Of a stretch of DNA of 64,000 bases, positions 45,771 to 54,938 are shown piece after piece. How positions within the stretch are numbered: position 1 is the first letter of the stretch; every line of letters begins with the position of its first letter. The notes below the pieces were generated by a model that was not told the DNA's origin, searched no databases, and saw only the letters and a list, made by a program, of their open reading frames with translations. Position numbers and translations under genes: made by a program. Origin of the DNA: Acidobacteriota bacterium (GTDB taxonomy: Bacteria > Acidobacteriota > Blastocatellia > Pyrinomonadales > Pyrinomonadaceae); assembly GCA_031425495.1 (NCBI GenBank), contig JANPJL010000128.1, positions 4,184-68,183 of the forward strand, given 5' to 3'.

Positions 45771-46601
45771 TCACCGCTGGCACTTACGGCAGAAAAAGGT
45801 CGAACGACCTCCTTGTACTATCCGGACGATCGGATGGCGGCACTCGACGCACGGTTCATTTTCCCGGCCATACACGCGCCATTCCCATTCGCTGTCGTTG
45901 CCGTAGATGCTGCCGCCGATATTTTCCGGGACGATCGGCATCGACGATCCTAACTCCACTGCCTCCGAAAGTACGAGCCTGATGTTATCGAATAACGACG
46001 ACGTTTTCGCCCGTGAAAGCCTGAACGCACGTGTTCGCGGATTTGCACGCGAAAGGAACATCGCTTCGGAAGCGTAGATATTCCCGAGACCGCACACTTT
46101 GGTCTGATCGAGCAGGACCTCCTTCAAAGTCCTTTTCGATCCTCGAAGTGTCAGCTGGAGGTACTCTACCGTGAAGGCATCGGTAAGCGGTTCGGGTGCG
46201 AGCTTTTTTAGCTCCCGGGCTTCGTTCAGTTCTGCGGTCTCGACGATCTTCATCAACCCAAAATGACGCTGATCCTGAAACACAAGCCTGGTGCCGTCGA
46301 GAAATCGAAAAGCTGCGTGAGTGAATTTCGGATCAGGATCTTCGTCGGCAAGTAGAAGAAATTTCCCGCTCATCCGCAGGTGGGTTATGAGCGTCCGTCC
46401 GTTATCGAGATCAAACAGAACATGCTTACCACGCCGATGCACAAAATTGATCGACGCTCCGCTCAGAAGTTTTCTGAAACGATCCGGGAGGGTGTCGGGA
46501 GACAGGCGCTGTCGAAGCAGTTCAGCATCCGCGATCTTACGTTTTCGGACGATGGAGTCGAGCGATCTGACGACGATCTCAACTTCAGGAAGTTCCGGCA
46601 T
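45771..46601 (-). CDS. mutM: formamidopyrimidine-DNA glycosylase
   Basis: MPELPEVE N-terminus at 46601 and a C-terminal zinc finger CVECRHPIVRIVQGGRSTFFCRKCQ. The 46817 start in the track is an upstream extension. Confidence 0.92.
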   Translation of the reverse strand: MPELPEVEIVVRSLDSIVRKRKIADAELLRQRLSPDTLPDRFRKLLSGASINFVHRRGKHVLFDLDNGRTLITHLRMSGKFLLLADEDPDPKFTHAAFRFLDGTRLVFQDQRHFGLMKIVETAELNEARELKKLAPEPLTDAFTVEYLQLTLRGSKRTLKEVLLDQTKVCGLGNIYASEAMFLSRANPRTRAFRLSRAKTSSLFDNIRLVLSEAVELGSSMPIVPENIGGSIYGNDSEWEWRVYGRENEPCVECRHPIVRIVQGGRSTFFCRKCQR

Positions 46602-46635
46602 ATTGAGTCGAGGCGATCGAACGCCAAACACTAGA

Positions 46636-47679
46636 TCAAGTTTTTGAGTAATCCGGCAGCGATGTCTTATCGCCCAAGACCGCTCCGGGCCGAACGCTGA
46701 CATTCCTTCCCAGATAACAACTGCGCCCAACGATCGCACCGTCGATCTCAGCTCCAGTGGAAATGCGTGTGTGCCCCCACACCACCGAATTTCTGACGAT
46801 CGCTTTTTCGTCCACATGAACGCCTGGACCCAATACCGATCCCGATATCTGCGCGCCAGGTTTTATGACACAGCCCTCGCCGATGATCGACGCTTTATCG
46901 ATATGTGCAGCGGTCGCAACGTCGCTGGAGTTGTTTCTTTCGCTGTCGACCGGGAGATCGATCTTACCATCGAGAAAGTCGTGATGAGCCGCGAGATAAC
47001 TCGCGGGAGTTCCCAAATCGCGCCAGTATTCGTCTTTCAGAACATGACTGAAGAACTGAAGCTTCTGTTTGATCATCAGCGGAAACACATCGTACTCGAA
47101 TGAGGTGTTCTCGCCAGCCGGAATGAGATCGAGGATACTAGGCTCCAGTACGTATACGCCGGCATTGATAGTATTGGCATTCTTTTCAGCGAGGATCTCC
47201 GGCGACGGCTTCTCAATAAAACCTAAAATTTCACCGGCCGAACCGCATTCCACTAGTCCGAATTTAGAAGGGTCCTCTACCGGCACAAGAACTATTGTCG
47301 CCTCGGCCTGTTTTGACCGATGACTCGCGATAACGTCCTCGATCTTTAGATCGGTCAGAATGTCGCCGTTGAAGACGACGGTCGTTTCTCGAATCGCACC
47401 TGCCGCGAATTTATACGCACCGGCCGTTCCCATCGGGCTTGGCTCGGTCAGAAACCGAAGCGTGATTCCCAGTTCCGAACCGTCTCCAAGCACGTCCTCG
47501 ATCTTGTCGGGCTGATAGCTCAGCGACAGCGTTATATCCGTGATCCCAGCGTTTGCGAGCGTCTCGAGCTGATAAATCAACAGCGGACGGTTCACGACAG
47601 GGACGATCGGCTTGGGCGTATATACGGTGAGCGGGCGGAGCCGGGTGCCTTTTCCACCGGCAAGAATTAGTGCTTGCAT
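46636..47679 (-). CDS. NDP-sugar pyrophosphorylase (mannose-1-phosphate guanylyltransferase-like) with C-terminal hexapeptide beta-helix
   Basis: MQALILAGGKGTRLRPLT...PKP.VP plus C-terminal LbH repeats. The start at 47679 is assumed. Confidence 0.85.
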   Translation of the reverse strand: MQALILAGGKGTRLRPLTVYTPKPIVPVVNRPLLIYQLETLANAGITDITLSLSYQPDKIEDVLGDGSELGITLRFLTEPSPMGTAGAYKFAAGAIRETTVVFNGDILTDLKIEDVIASHRSKQAEATIVLVPVEDPSKFGLVECGSAGEILGFIEKPSPEILAEKNANTINAGVYVLEPSILDLIPAGENTSFEYDVFPLMIKQKLQFFSHVLKDEYWRDLGTPASYLAAHHDFLDGKIDLPVDSERNNSSDVATAAHIDKASIIGEGCVIKPGAQISGSVLGPGVHVDEKAIVRNSVVWGHTRISTGAEIDGAIVGRSCYLGRNVSVRPGAVLGDKTSLPDYSKT

Positions 47680-47907
47680 AACGGACTTGCGAATTCCAAG
47701 CCTAGGAAAATACCGACCAAAAATCAACGAGAACCTGTAAAAACTGACTGTTAAACATTTTAAGTCATTGTTGACACTTTTTCGGTCACTGTGCTACTTT
47801 ATTTTTGCAGGTAAGTACATTTACACCGCCTGTGATGCTGCGATAAATCGACCGGAGCCGAGTTCGATCCTCCTCTAAACAAACCTCATACGTCAGTTAG
47901 TCAAAAA

Positions 47908-50034
47908 ATGGTTTTCGACAAGACAAAGGCAATGCGAAGCGCCGAGCAGTTCCTGGCTCAGGGTAAGATTCAGTCGGCCATTGGCGAATACAAGCGGGTG
48001 ATAGCACACGACTCGAAAGATTTCGGGACGCTAAACGCGCTCGGTGATCTCTATACGAAGAGTCTCGACAAGAAACACGCCATCGAGTGTTATACGTCCG
48101 TCGCGGAACATTACAGCAAGCAAGGCTTCGCGCAAAAAGCGATCGCGATCTATAACAAGATCTGCCGGATCCAGCCCGATTCGATCGATATCTCGGCGAA
48201 GCTTGCCGACCTTTATAAATTCAAAGGAGCCGTCAACGAGGCCCGCACACACTACAACATTGTTATCGAGCATTACGAGAGCGAGGGACGAAAGCTCGAG
48301 GCTCTCGAAATTCGTCGACAGATGGCGTCGCTCGATCCGTCCGATACCTCGGTTTACATTGCGCTCGCCAACGCATACCTCGACGAAGATCAAAGTGACG
48401 ACGCTGCCGATGCATTTGCAGAGGCGGCACAGCGCTTCGCTAAAAAGTCGCAGCATTCCGATGCTCTCGAGGCTCTTGAAAAGGCACTGGAACTAAAGCC
48501 GACCGATCCGGCGATACTCGCCGCGTTTGTACAGGCGCAATTTGCTAACGGTACACCCGCCGCCGCGGCCGTGAGGTTGGCTGAGATCCAAATCGCCGAA
48601 CCTCATAATCAGGACGTACTGGGTCTGCTTGTCGATTGTTTTATCGAAGCGGGCGATGGGGCCGAGGCGGAAAAAAACGTCATCAGCCTCGTCGAAAAAG
48701 AACCCACACTTCATCCGAAGTTTCTCGATCTCGCTCGCGTCTACCTTAATGCGGGTGACGCAAGTTCGGCAGCTCGGGTAACGGCGATGGCGTCTGAACA
48801 CCTTCTGCTCGCCGGTCAACCCGAGGTGTTGGACGGACTGTTGGCTGAGATCCTGAGTCTTGATGCCGAACAGCTCGAGGGTGTTCGTCTACGGGCACGC
48901 CTCGCGGCGTGGCAGCGCGACGAAGCGGGCATGTTCGATTCACTCGTGCTACTGGCGCGGATCGCGAAGGATCGCGATTCCGTCGATGACGAGCGCTTCG
49001 CGCTTTCACAGCTGGTGATGGTCGCACCGCTTGAGGTCGGCTTTGCGGAACGGCTCCGTGAGCTCAACCAGCTTCACGGTTTTGACGACGCAGAATCAAA
49101 TGACAATCTCTTCGACAAGTTTCTGAAGCCTGGGAAGGACGATCCCGAACCGGAGCTCGAAACCTTCGCTGTCGTAACGTCAGAAGCCGGCACCGATGGT
49201 GCGGAAATTACTGGCGAAGCCGACGCGGTTTTCGGCTTCGAGATCGTCGACGAGTTCGCTTCGATCGACAACGCGATCGATCATGCGATCGATCATGCGA
49301 TCGAACGGAACGCTGCTGCTGGAGCCGATCTTGAACGTCTACTACGGGAGATCGACAGCATTCGCTTTTACGTCGATAGCGACTATTTCGAGCTTGCGGC
49401 AAAAGCGATCGCCGATCTTCGGAGCGAGTTCGGCGAACATCCCGAGATTGATGCGTTGGCTGCTTATATGGCGAGCCGGCAAGGGTTCGATTCGGTAGAG
49501 GTTAAGGTCGCAGCCGAGGTCGAGGTCCACGAAATCATTGTACCGGCCGTACCTCCGTCGAATGGGAACGGCAAGGCACCACCCAGCTATGCGTTCCAGG
49601 ATCTGCGAAGCGAACTAGGTATGGACGAGGCGGAAGCGGCTGACGATTCGGACTACGAAACGCATTATCACACGGCGATCGCTTATCAGGAGATGGGAAT
49701 GCTGGACGAAGCGATAAAAGAATATCAGGAGGCCATCGGACTGGTCCGACCTAACGACCCGACGAGACGGTTCTTCCAATGTGCCAACTTACTTGGCCAC
49801 TGCTTCATGCAAAAGGCGATGGCCAATCTCGCGTTGACATGGTATCAGCGTGCGCTAGAGACGCCGGGTCTTAGCGACGAAGAGAAGCAGGGCATCTGGT
49901 ATGAACTCGCCTCGGCGTACGAGGCCGAGGGCGATCACGAAAACGCGGGCCGGTATTTTGAGCAGGTTTACGCCGAGAACATCGATTTCCGTGATGTCAG
50001 CGAACGGGTCAAGAACATGACCGTTTCGCGGTAA
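47908..50034 (+). CDS. tetratricopeptide repeat protein (708 aa)
   Basis: TPR-like A..Y......G....A...Y periodicity at both ends, with an acidic central region. Confidence 0.7.
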   Translation: MVFDKTKAMRSAEQFLAQGKIQSAIGEYKRVIAHDSKDFGTLNALGDLYTKSLDKKHAIECYTSVAEHYSKQGFAQKAIAIYNKICRIQPDSIDISAKLADLYKFKGAVNEARTHYNIVIEHYESEGRKLEALEIRRQMASLDPSDTSVYIALANAYLDEDQSDDAADAFAEAAQRFAKKSQHSDALEALEKALELKPTDPAILAAFVQAQFANGTPAAAAVRLAEIQIAEPHNQDVLGLLVDCFIEAGDGAEAEKNVISLVEKEPTLHPKFLDLARVYLNAGDASSAARVTAMASEHLLLAGQPEVLDGLLAEILSLDAEQLEGVRLRARLAAWQRDEAGMFDSLVLLARIAKDRDSVDDERFALSQLVMVAPLEVGFAERLRELNQLHGFDDAESNDNLFDKFLKPGKDDPEPELETFAVVTSEAGTDGAEITGEADAVFGFEIVDEFASIDNAIDHAIDHAIERNAAAGADLERLLREIDSIRFYVDSDYFELAAKAIADLRSEFGEHPEIDALAAYMASRQGFDSVEVKVAAEVEVHEIIVPAVPPSNGNGKAPPSYAFQDLRSELGMDEAEAADDSDYETHYHTAIAYQEMGMLDEAIKEYQEAIGLVRPNDPTRRFFQCANLLGHCFMQKAMANLALTWYQRALETPGLSDEEKQGIWYELASAYEAEGDHENAGRYFEQVYAENIDFRDVSERVKNMTVSR

Positions 50035-50075
50035 GTTGGTTGTTTATCAAAATCGAATGACGGTATAATCGGCCT

Positions 50076-50369
50076 ATGGTCGAGAAACTGACCGTCATTT
50101 TTTTTATTATTCTCTGCGTCTTGCTTGGGTTTTATTTGATCCTTGCACCGTGGGACACACTTTTCGGAAACTGGGGCGAGAACTATTTGCTCGTGTTCGT
50201 ATCCGACCGCGCCGGGTTTCCTATTCTTCAGCGAACTGTGTCATCCAACTGGTTTCGCGGAGCAGTCACCGGACTCGGCGTTCTTAATATTATTATCGCC
50301 TTTTGGGAAGCCGCACACTTCAACCAGAGTGTCGCGATGCTCGGCGGTGACAAATCCGAGCGAAAGTGA
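50076..50369 (+). CDS. small membrane protein
   Basis: Two to three hydrophobic helices. A 4-nt overlap links it to the thiE start. Confidence 0.5.
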   Translation: MVEKLTVIFFIILCVLLGFYLILAPWDTLFGNWGENYLLVFVSDRAGFPILQRTVSSNWFRGAVTGLGVLNIIIAFWEAAHFNQSVAMLGGDKSERK

Positions 50370-51007
50370 AGCGTCTTGGCCGTCCGCCTTATTCCTGCCT
50401 TATCACCGAAGGGGAAGCTCACCCCGGCAATTTCCAAACAGAAAGACCTCGAATTCTCGAGACGATAAGTGAGGCCGTGCGTGACGGCGTTACGGTGATA
50501 CAGATTCGCGAGAAGCGGCTACCGGGCGGGCTTCTATTCGCCCTCTTGTGCGAGGCGGTCGCGATCGCTGAACATAGCCCGGCCCTGATTCTCGTCAATG
50601 AGCGAGCCGATATAGCGATCAGCGCCGGTGGGGACGGGGTTCACCTTCCAAGCGATTCGATTCCGCCCGGAGTGGTCCGTCGCATTTTTGCGGATCGACT
50701 TATCGTCGGCGTTTCGACGCACTCCGTGGAAGACGCGCTCCGGGCCGAGCGCGAAGGGGCTGATTACGTTCTTTTCGGTCCGGTATTTGCGAGCCCGGGA
50801 AAGCCAGCACCCGTTGGCATCGTCGCACTTCAGCAAGTCTGCGAAGAATTAGAGATTCCCGTCGTCGCTCTTGGTGGAATCGACGACACAAATTTCAGAC
50901 AGGTTCTTGAATCAGGAGCGGGCGGGTTGGCGGCGATCCGGTCGCTGAACAATCCTGACGCCCGACGAAAGATCGTGAGCGGGATGAACCAGCCGTCAAC
51001 AAGATAA
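50366..51007 (+). CDS. thiE: thiamine-phosphate synthase (ThiE/TenI family)
   Basis: VIQIREK.L......L......LILVNERADIA....DGVHL......VGVSTHS..........GADYVLFGPVF....K......ALGGI. Confidence 0.8.
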   Translation: MKRLGRPPYSCLITEGEAHPGNFQTERPRILETISEAVRDGVTVIQIREKRLPGGLLFALLCEAVAIAEHSPALILVNERADIAISAGGDGVHLPSDSIPPGVVRRIFADRLIVGVSTHSVEDALRAEREGADYVLFGPVFASPGKPAPVGIVALQQVCEELEIPVVALGGIDDTNFRQVLESGAGGLAAIRSLNNPDARRKIVSGMNQPSTR

Positions 51008-51074
51008 AATCTGAGGAACAGTCCACTTAAAATTTAACGTGCGTGCGGCGCTTATGCTACTAAGTGCAAGATCC

Positions 51075-51200
51075 TTCTTATTCCTTATCTTCTCCGTGTT
51101 GTTCGGTGTATTCTGTGGTCATCTTACAGGGCGGGTACCACGGAATACACGGAACAACACGGAGAAGACACGGAATAAGAAATCAGCGCTTTTCCAGATG
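51075..51200 (+). repeat. CACGGAA-type hairpin element (copy 5)
   Basis: TTCTTATTCCTTATCTTCTCCGTGTTGTTCGGTGTATTCTGTGG, loop TCATCTTACAGGGCGGGTA, then CCACGGAATACACGGAACAACACGGAGAAGACACGGAATAAGAA and the tail ATCAGCGCTTTTCCAGATG. Confidence 0.85.
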
Positions 51201-51218
51201 AATCCCTAAGTCTTAACT

Positions 51219-52016
51219 ATGAGCAAACCTCCTGTTTGTTTGACGATTGCGGGCCTGGATCCGTCGGGCGGAGCCGGGATAATCGCGGATATAAAAACGT
51301 TCTCGGCATTCGGCTGCTTTGCAGCGGCGGCGGTCGCTTCGATCACTTTTCAAAACACGGTCGGGGTATTCGGTGCCGAACACCAGAGTGCCGATTCAGT
51401 GCGTCAGCAGGTTGACCCGATAATCGAAGATTACGAAATAGCCGCGCTAAAAACGGGAATGCTGCCGACTCGCGAAGTGATCGAGGAAGTCGCGCGACTT
51501 GTCCAGCGAATGAACGGATCGCGATTCGTCGTCGATCCGGTGGTGCGATCGACATCGGGTTTCGATCTTATTGACGGCGCCGCGCTCCGATCGTTGATCG
51601 ATGTGCTTTTCCCGTTATCCGATCTCGTCACGCCTAATAAACCGGAAGCAGAACGTATCAGCGGCATCGCGATCGAATCGATCGATGACGTCAAAGCCGC
51701 AGCTGCCCAAATGCAGTCGATGGGTGCTAAGAATGTTCTGATCAAGGGCGGCCACTTTGAATCCGACGCGGCTGGCGAGCGTAAGGCGAGCGACTATCTA
51801 TTTCTTGGAGATGATATGCATGTGCTTGATGCCGCGTACATCGAGACGACCGCTACGCACGGGACCGGCTGCGTGTTGGCAGCGGCCATCACTGCAAATC
51901 TCGCGTTGGGTTCCGACTTGCTTAGATCGGTGACTGCGGCAAAGGATTTCGTAACGAATGCCATCAAGACCGCACCCATGATTGGTCGCGGAAATTCACC
52001 GATCAACCTGCTTTGA
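51219..52016 (+). CDS. thiD: hydroxymethylpyrimidine / phosphomethylpyrimidine kinase
   Basis: LTIAGLDPSGGAGI.ADIKTF......VT.QN...V......K.GML......VVDPV......TPN..E......KGGH......HGTGC. Confidence 0.9.
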   Translation: MSKPPVCLTIAGLDPSGGAGIIADIKTFSAFGCFAAAAVASITFQNTVGVFGAEHQSADSVRQQVDPIIEDYEIAALKTGMLPTREVIEEVARLVQRMNGSRFVVDPVVRSTSGFDLIDGAALRSLIDVLFPLSDLVTPNKPEAERISGIAIESIDDVKAAAAQMQSMGAKNVLIKGGHFESDAAGERKASDYLFLGDDMHVLDAAYIETTATHGTGCVLAAAITANLALGSDLLRSVTAAKDFVTNAIKTAPMIGRGNSPINLL

Positions 52017-52883
52017 TTATTTTGCTATCGGGATGAAGACCGGCGAAAGATATGTGACGCCGAACGTGATGCCGCTGCGCGGACTGTACTTGGTGAGACC
52101 GAATATCGCGGCGGTGTCGAACCGGAGACCGGATGCTTTGATCTGCGTTCCGATTCGAAATTGACCGACGCTTTCGGTGCCAAGCGGAGCGGCTCCGGAT
52201 CGCGAACTGTGTCGACCATTCACTTCGCTCACAACATTGATGCGATCGTTCACGCCGAAGATCCCCGCGAGCCCGTAGAGGATCACGTCGTTCTGCGAGA
52301 AACTGGCGAGCGGGGAGTTCATGATCCCGAGTCCGATGTTGCCGTAGATATTAGCAAGTGGAGCCCGGCCGGCCCGTTTGCCGAACTTTTTCTGAACGAT
52401 CACCTTGCTAAAGACATTTATTTGATTCGTGCCGATGCCGCGAGCCTGATCGGAGTTCGGCATCTGAAACCCGAACTTGAAACCGAGAGCCGGGAGATTT
52501 GCTGTCTCCCGATGCAGCAGTACCTTTGCCGAAACCGTGATGTCGTCGAAATCGTTTGACGAATTGCCTAAGACGTTCAGCGGTATCGGACTTGGAAGAG
52601 TTTGAGAATTGATCGCGAGGTAATTTTGGACGACGCCTTCGATCTGCAGCTCGACGTTCGACGCAAAGCCATTTCGCAGCCGTATATCACCGACCCGCGT
52701 CAGATCACCCTTTAAGCCTGAAAGCGGAAACTTCGCGTTTTGCAGGAAATCGACACCCGCCGAGATCTCGATCGCACCGGCCGGCGTGATATCGATATCG
52801 TCGGTGATAAGCGGACGCTGTTGTCCCGATCCGGGAGTGGTCGCCAGACCGACGAGGAAAATAATGAAAAGTGAACGCAGCAT
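52017..52883 (-). CDS. outer-membrane beta-barrel protein (transporter-like), function unknown
   Basis: Signal peptide MLRSLFIIFLVGLATTPGSG, alternating beta-strand pattern, and a C-terminal aromatic-rich end. Confidence 0.55.
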   Translation of the reverse strand: MLRSLFIIFLVGLATTPGSGQQRPLITDDIDITPAGAIEISAGVDFLQNAKFPLSGLKGDLTRVGDIRLRNGFASNVELQIEGVVQNYLAINSQTLPSPIPLNVLGNSSNDFDDITVSAKVLLHRETANLPALGFKFGFQMPNSDQARGIGTNQINVFSKVIVQKKFGKRAGRAPLANIYGNIGLGIMNSPLASFSQNDVILYGLAGIFGVNDRINVVSEVNGRHSSRSGAAPLGTESVGQFRIGTQIKASGLRFDTAAIFGLTKYSPRSGITFGVTYLSPVFIPIAK

Positions 52884-53122
52884 TGCTTTGAAAAATTAGG
52901 CCAAGGGAATGTTAGCAGAACCGGCCGTCGATTCCGAGCATAAAAACGGACGAGCCACCGGGAGGAGCACTTGGGTCCGTACCTCGAATCTGGCAGAATA
53001 TCGCTATCGCATTTTTACTGTCAGATCTTCTTTTACGGCTTGATGGGACCGCAAGATCTTCAAAAGGGAACGTGGGGGCTTGTTGGGCTGGAACGCCTGA
53101 ACGCTCTCGGGTAGTAAAAGAA

Positions 53123-53398
53123 ATGGTTGTTGCCCGAAAGCTCCTCATACGCGGCCTTGTGCAAGGCGTCGGCTACCGTTACTTCGCTCAGCGTGCGGCT
53201 GCCCGACATCAGGTGCACGGGTACGTGAAGAATCTCGACGACGGCCGGGTCGAAGCGTTCGTACAGGGCGATGAGGGCCAGGTCGAAGCCTTCAAACACG
53301 ATTTGACGGCAGGCCCAACATATTCGAATGTAGAAGATGTGGAAGAGATCGTGCTCGACCCGAGCCGTAGGTTCTCGACGTTCCGTATTGAGCGTTGA
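53123..53398 (+). CDS. acyP: acylphosphatase
   Basis: RGLVQGVGYRYF......GYVKNL.DGRVE...QG. Confidence 0.85.
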   Translation: MVVARKLLIRGLVQGVGYRYFAQRAAARHQVHGYVKNLDDGRVEAFVQGDEGQVEAFKHDLTAGPTYSNVEDVEEIVLDPSRRFSTFRIER

Positions 53399-53427
53399 TC
53401 TCGACCGACATATCGACAAGCTAATAG

Positions 53428-53949
53428 ATGGAAAACTTAAGAAAACTTATTCGCGAAGTGCCCGATTTTCCGAAGCCGGGCATTAACTTTTACGACATAA
53501 CGACGCTCCTCAAGGACCCGACGGGTCTCGAAGAAACGGTGGATGCTTTGACTGAGCAGTGTCGAGGCATGGATATCGATACCGTAATCGGCGTCGAATC
53601 ACGCGGCTTTATTTTTGCGACGCCGCTCGCGTATCAACTGGGCGCCGGGTTTGTTCCCGTGCGTAAACCGAAAAAGCTGCCGGCAGAAAAAGTATCGGTT
53701 TCGTATGATCTCGAATACGGACAGGACACTCTCGAAATGCACAAGGACGCCATCGGCGAAGGCCAGCGCGTTCTGATCGTGGACGATCTGCTCGCAACCG
53801 GCGGCACGGCTAAAGCGGTCGTCGATCTCGTCGAAGGTCTCGGCGGAAAGGTCGAGGGTCTGCTGTTCGTCGTTGAGTTGAACTTTCTCAACGGCCGGCA
53901 GAAGTTCGACGGTTACAATCTTAAATCGTTAATGAGATACGACTCTTGA
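53428..53949 (+). CDS. apt: adenine phosphoribosyltransferase
   Basis: DFPKPGI.F.DIT.LL.....ESRGF.F......RK..KLP......[14 protein letters not shown]. Confidence 0.93.
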   Translation: MENLRKLIREVPDFPKPGINFYDITTLLKDPTGLEETVDALTEQCRGMDIDTVIGVESRGFIFATPLAYQLGAGFVPVRKPKKLPAEKVSVSYDLEYGQDTLEMHKDAIGEGQRVLIVDDLLATGGTAKAVVDLVEGLGGKVEGLLFVVELNFLNGRQKFDGYNLKSLMRYDS

Positions 53950-53951
53950 AT

Positions 53952-54050
53952 GGTTGATCGTGGATCGTTGTTCGTTGCTCGCGTGGATGAGTACGTAGAT
54001 TCGGGAAGGAACGACGACGATCAACGAACCACGATCAACGATCAACGAAT
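53952..54050. repeat. hairpin of 7-nt GTTGATC units
   Basis: The left arm GGTTGATCGTGGATCGTTGTTCGTTG starts 2 nt after the apt stop. The right arm is CGACGATCAACGAACCACGATCAACGATCAACGAA. Confidence 0.85.
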
Positions 54051-54053
54051 TGA

Positions 54054-54086
54054 CAATCCAAAATCCAAAATCCAAAATCCAAAATG
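54054..54086. repeat. 7-nt array CAAAATC x4.5 immediately upstream of tRNA-Arg
   Basis: CAATCCAAAATCCAAAATCCAAAATCCAAAATG is almost the same string as the one preceding tRNA-Asp at 31551-31583. Confidence 0.9.
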
Positions 54087-54093
54087 CCCTCCC

Positions 54094-54170
54094 GCTCCCG
54101 TAGCTCAGCTGGATAGAGCGTCCGCCTCCTAAGTGGAAGGTCGCGTGTTCGAATCACGCCGGGAGCACCA
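54094..54170 (+). tRNA. tRNA-Arg (anticodon CCU)
   Basis: Acceptor GCTCCCG/CGGGAGC. D arm GCTCAGCTGGATAGAGC. Anticodon arm TCCGC-CTCCTAA-GTGGA. T arm GCGTG-TTCGAAT-CACGC. Encoded CCA. Confidence 0.92.
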
Positions 54171-54234
54171 TTTAAATCAACAAGTTACAGGTCATCTTGA
54201 ACTCATGAATTTTGAATCCCACCCGGATTCCCAC

Positions 54235-54342
54235 CTACGACGGGCCCTTAAGCGAAATTCGAAAAGAGATCTCGAGGTGGAAGTCCTCGGTCGGTGCCTT
54301 GCCGGAATAGACGTTTTCCCAATGCGTTTTGCTGGCTATCAT
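54235..54342 (-). pseudogene. 5' fragment of a SAM-dependent methyltransferase gene (truncated)
   Basis: MIASKTHWENVYSGKAPTE matches the common HWE.VY..K N-terminus of class I methyltransferases. The reading frame then diverges and stops after 35 codons, next to the tRNA. Confidence 0.45.
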
Positions 54343-54491
54343 TTCGCTTTTCCGTCCTCTTCGTCACTGCGTCGAGACTCGACGTCACAGGCACCGCGCA
54401 GTCACGTGGGCACCCCGAGCTTCGGCAAAATTACCAGCTGCAACAGCAGCCAGACGACAATGATTCCTCCGATCCAGAGTAATTGTTCCAC
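54339..54491 (-). other. 50-codon small membrane ORF interrupted by one in-frame TGA (selenoprotein candidate or pseudogene)
   Basis: GTG lies 1 nt after the rhodanese stop. The ORF reads VEQLLWIGGIIVVWLLLQLVILPKLGVPT-TGA-LRGACDVESRRSDEEDGKAK. Its final TGA overlaps the next ATG (ATGA). A hairpin CGTCGA-GTC-TCGACG lies 17-31 nt after the internal TGA. Confidence 0.35.
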
Positions 54492-54492
54492 G

Positions 54493-54915
54493 CTATTTCT
54501 CCATCGGAAAACCGGCGCCTTCCCACGCTGACGTTCCGCCGCTGATATTGTAAATTTTCTCGAAACCGGCTTTCTGGAGAATTTCCGAACCTTTTTGCGA
54601 ACGCCTTCCCGTTTGGCAGATCACATAGACTGGTTTGCCTTTATCCAGTTTTACCAGTTCCTGTTGAAGGAGGTCGAGAGGGAAGTTTGCTGCATTCACG
54701 GCGTGTCCGCCCGCATATTCGCCGATTGTGCGAACGTCAATAAACTGAACGTCGTTTGCCTCAACGGCCGGTCTCGCTTCGGCAACATTTATTTGTTCTA
54801 TTCCGGCCGGCGTACCACTTTGCAACGAATCCGCCGCGTTCTGCGTTGACGTCGCCTGACAAGCCGAAAACCAAAAAACTGAAAGTATCGATATAAAAAA
54901 TATTGTCATTTTCAT
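54493..54915 (-). CDS. rhodanese-domain lipoprotein (sulfurtransferase)
   Basis: Lipobox FSAC. FIDVRT..EY..GH...A.N... and the active-site loop VICQTGRRS. Confidence 0.85.
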   Translation of the reverse strand: MKMTIFFISILSVFWFSACQATSTQNAADSLQSGTPAGIEQINVAEARPAVEANDVQFIDVRTIGEYAGGHAVNAANFPLDLLQQELVKLDKGKPVYVICQTGRRSQKGSEILQKAGFEKIYNISGGTSAWEGAGFPMEK

Positions 54916-54938
54916 ATAACTCTAACTGCGTATCGGAT

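Noticed and set aside
45771-46817. Long N-terminal extensions in the ORF track: mutM 46817, glmU 34168, S8 peptidase 39338, nnr 61696, NDP-sugar pyrophosphorylase 47727, ABC ATPase 8416, MBL-rhodanese 56393
   Set aside because: Canonical family N-termini (MPELPEVE, signal peptide MKKFL, MRKIITAEEM, MQALILAGG, MLELKNI, MQFKQF) begin at internal Met codons. These often have a Shine-Dalgarno sequence, and the extensions overlap upstream genes or repeats.
50035-51218. Looked for a TPP riboswitch near thiE/thiD
   Set aside because: No CTGAGA / ACCTGATCTGGATAATGCCAGCG-like core was seen. The thiE-thiD spacer is occupied by a CACGGAA hairpin element instead.
54133-54531. 132-aa ORF starting [12 protein letters not shown], and the 64-aa ORF at 58199-58393 containing EGRVFKSPRE
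   Set aside because: Both run through tRNA-Arg sequence (the intact gene and its partial copy). The shared peptide simply reflects the shared tRNA 3' half.
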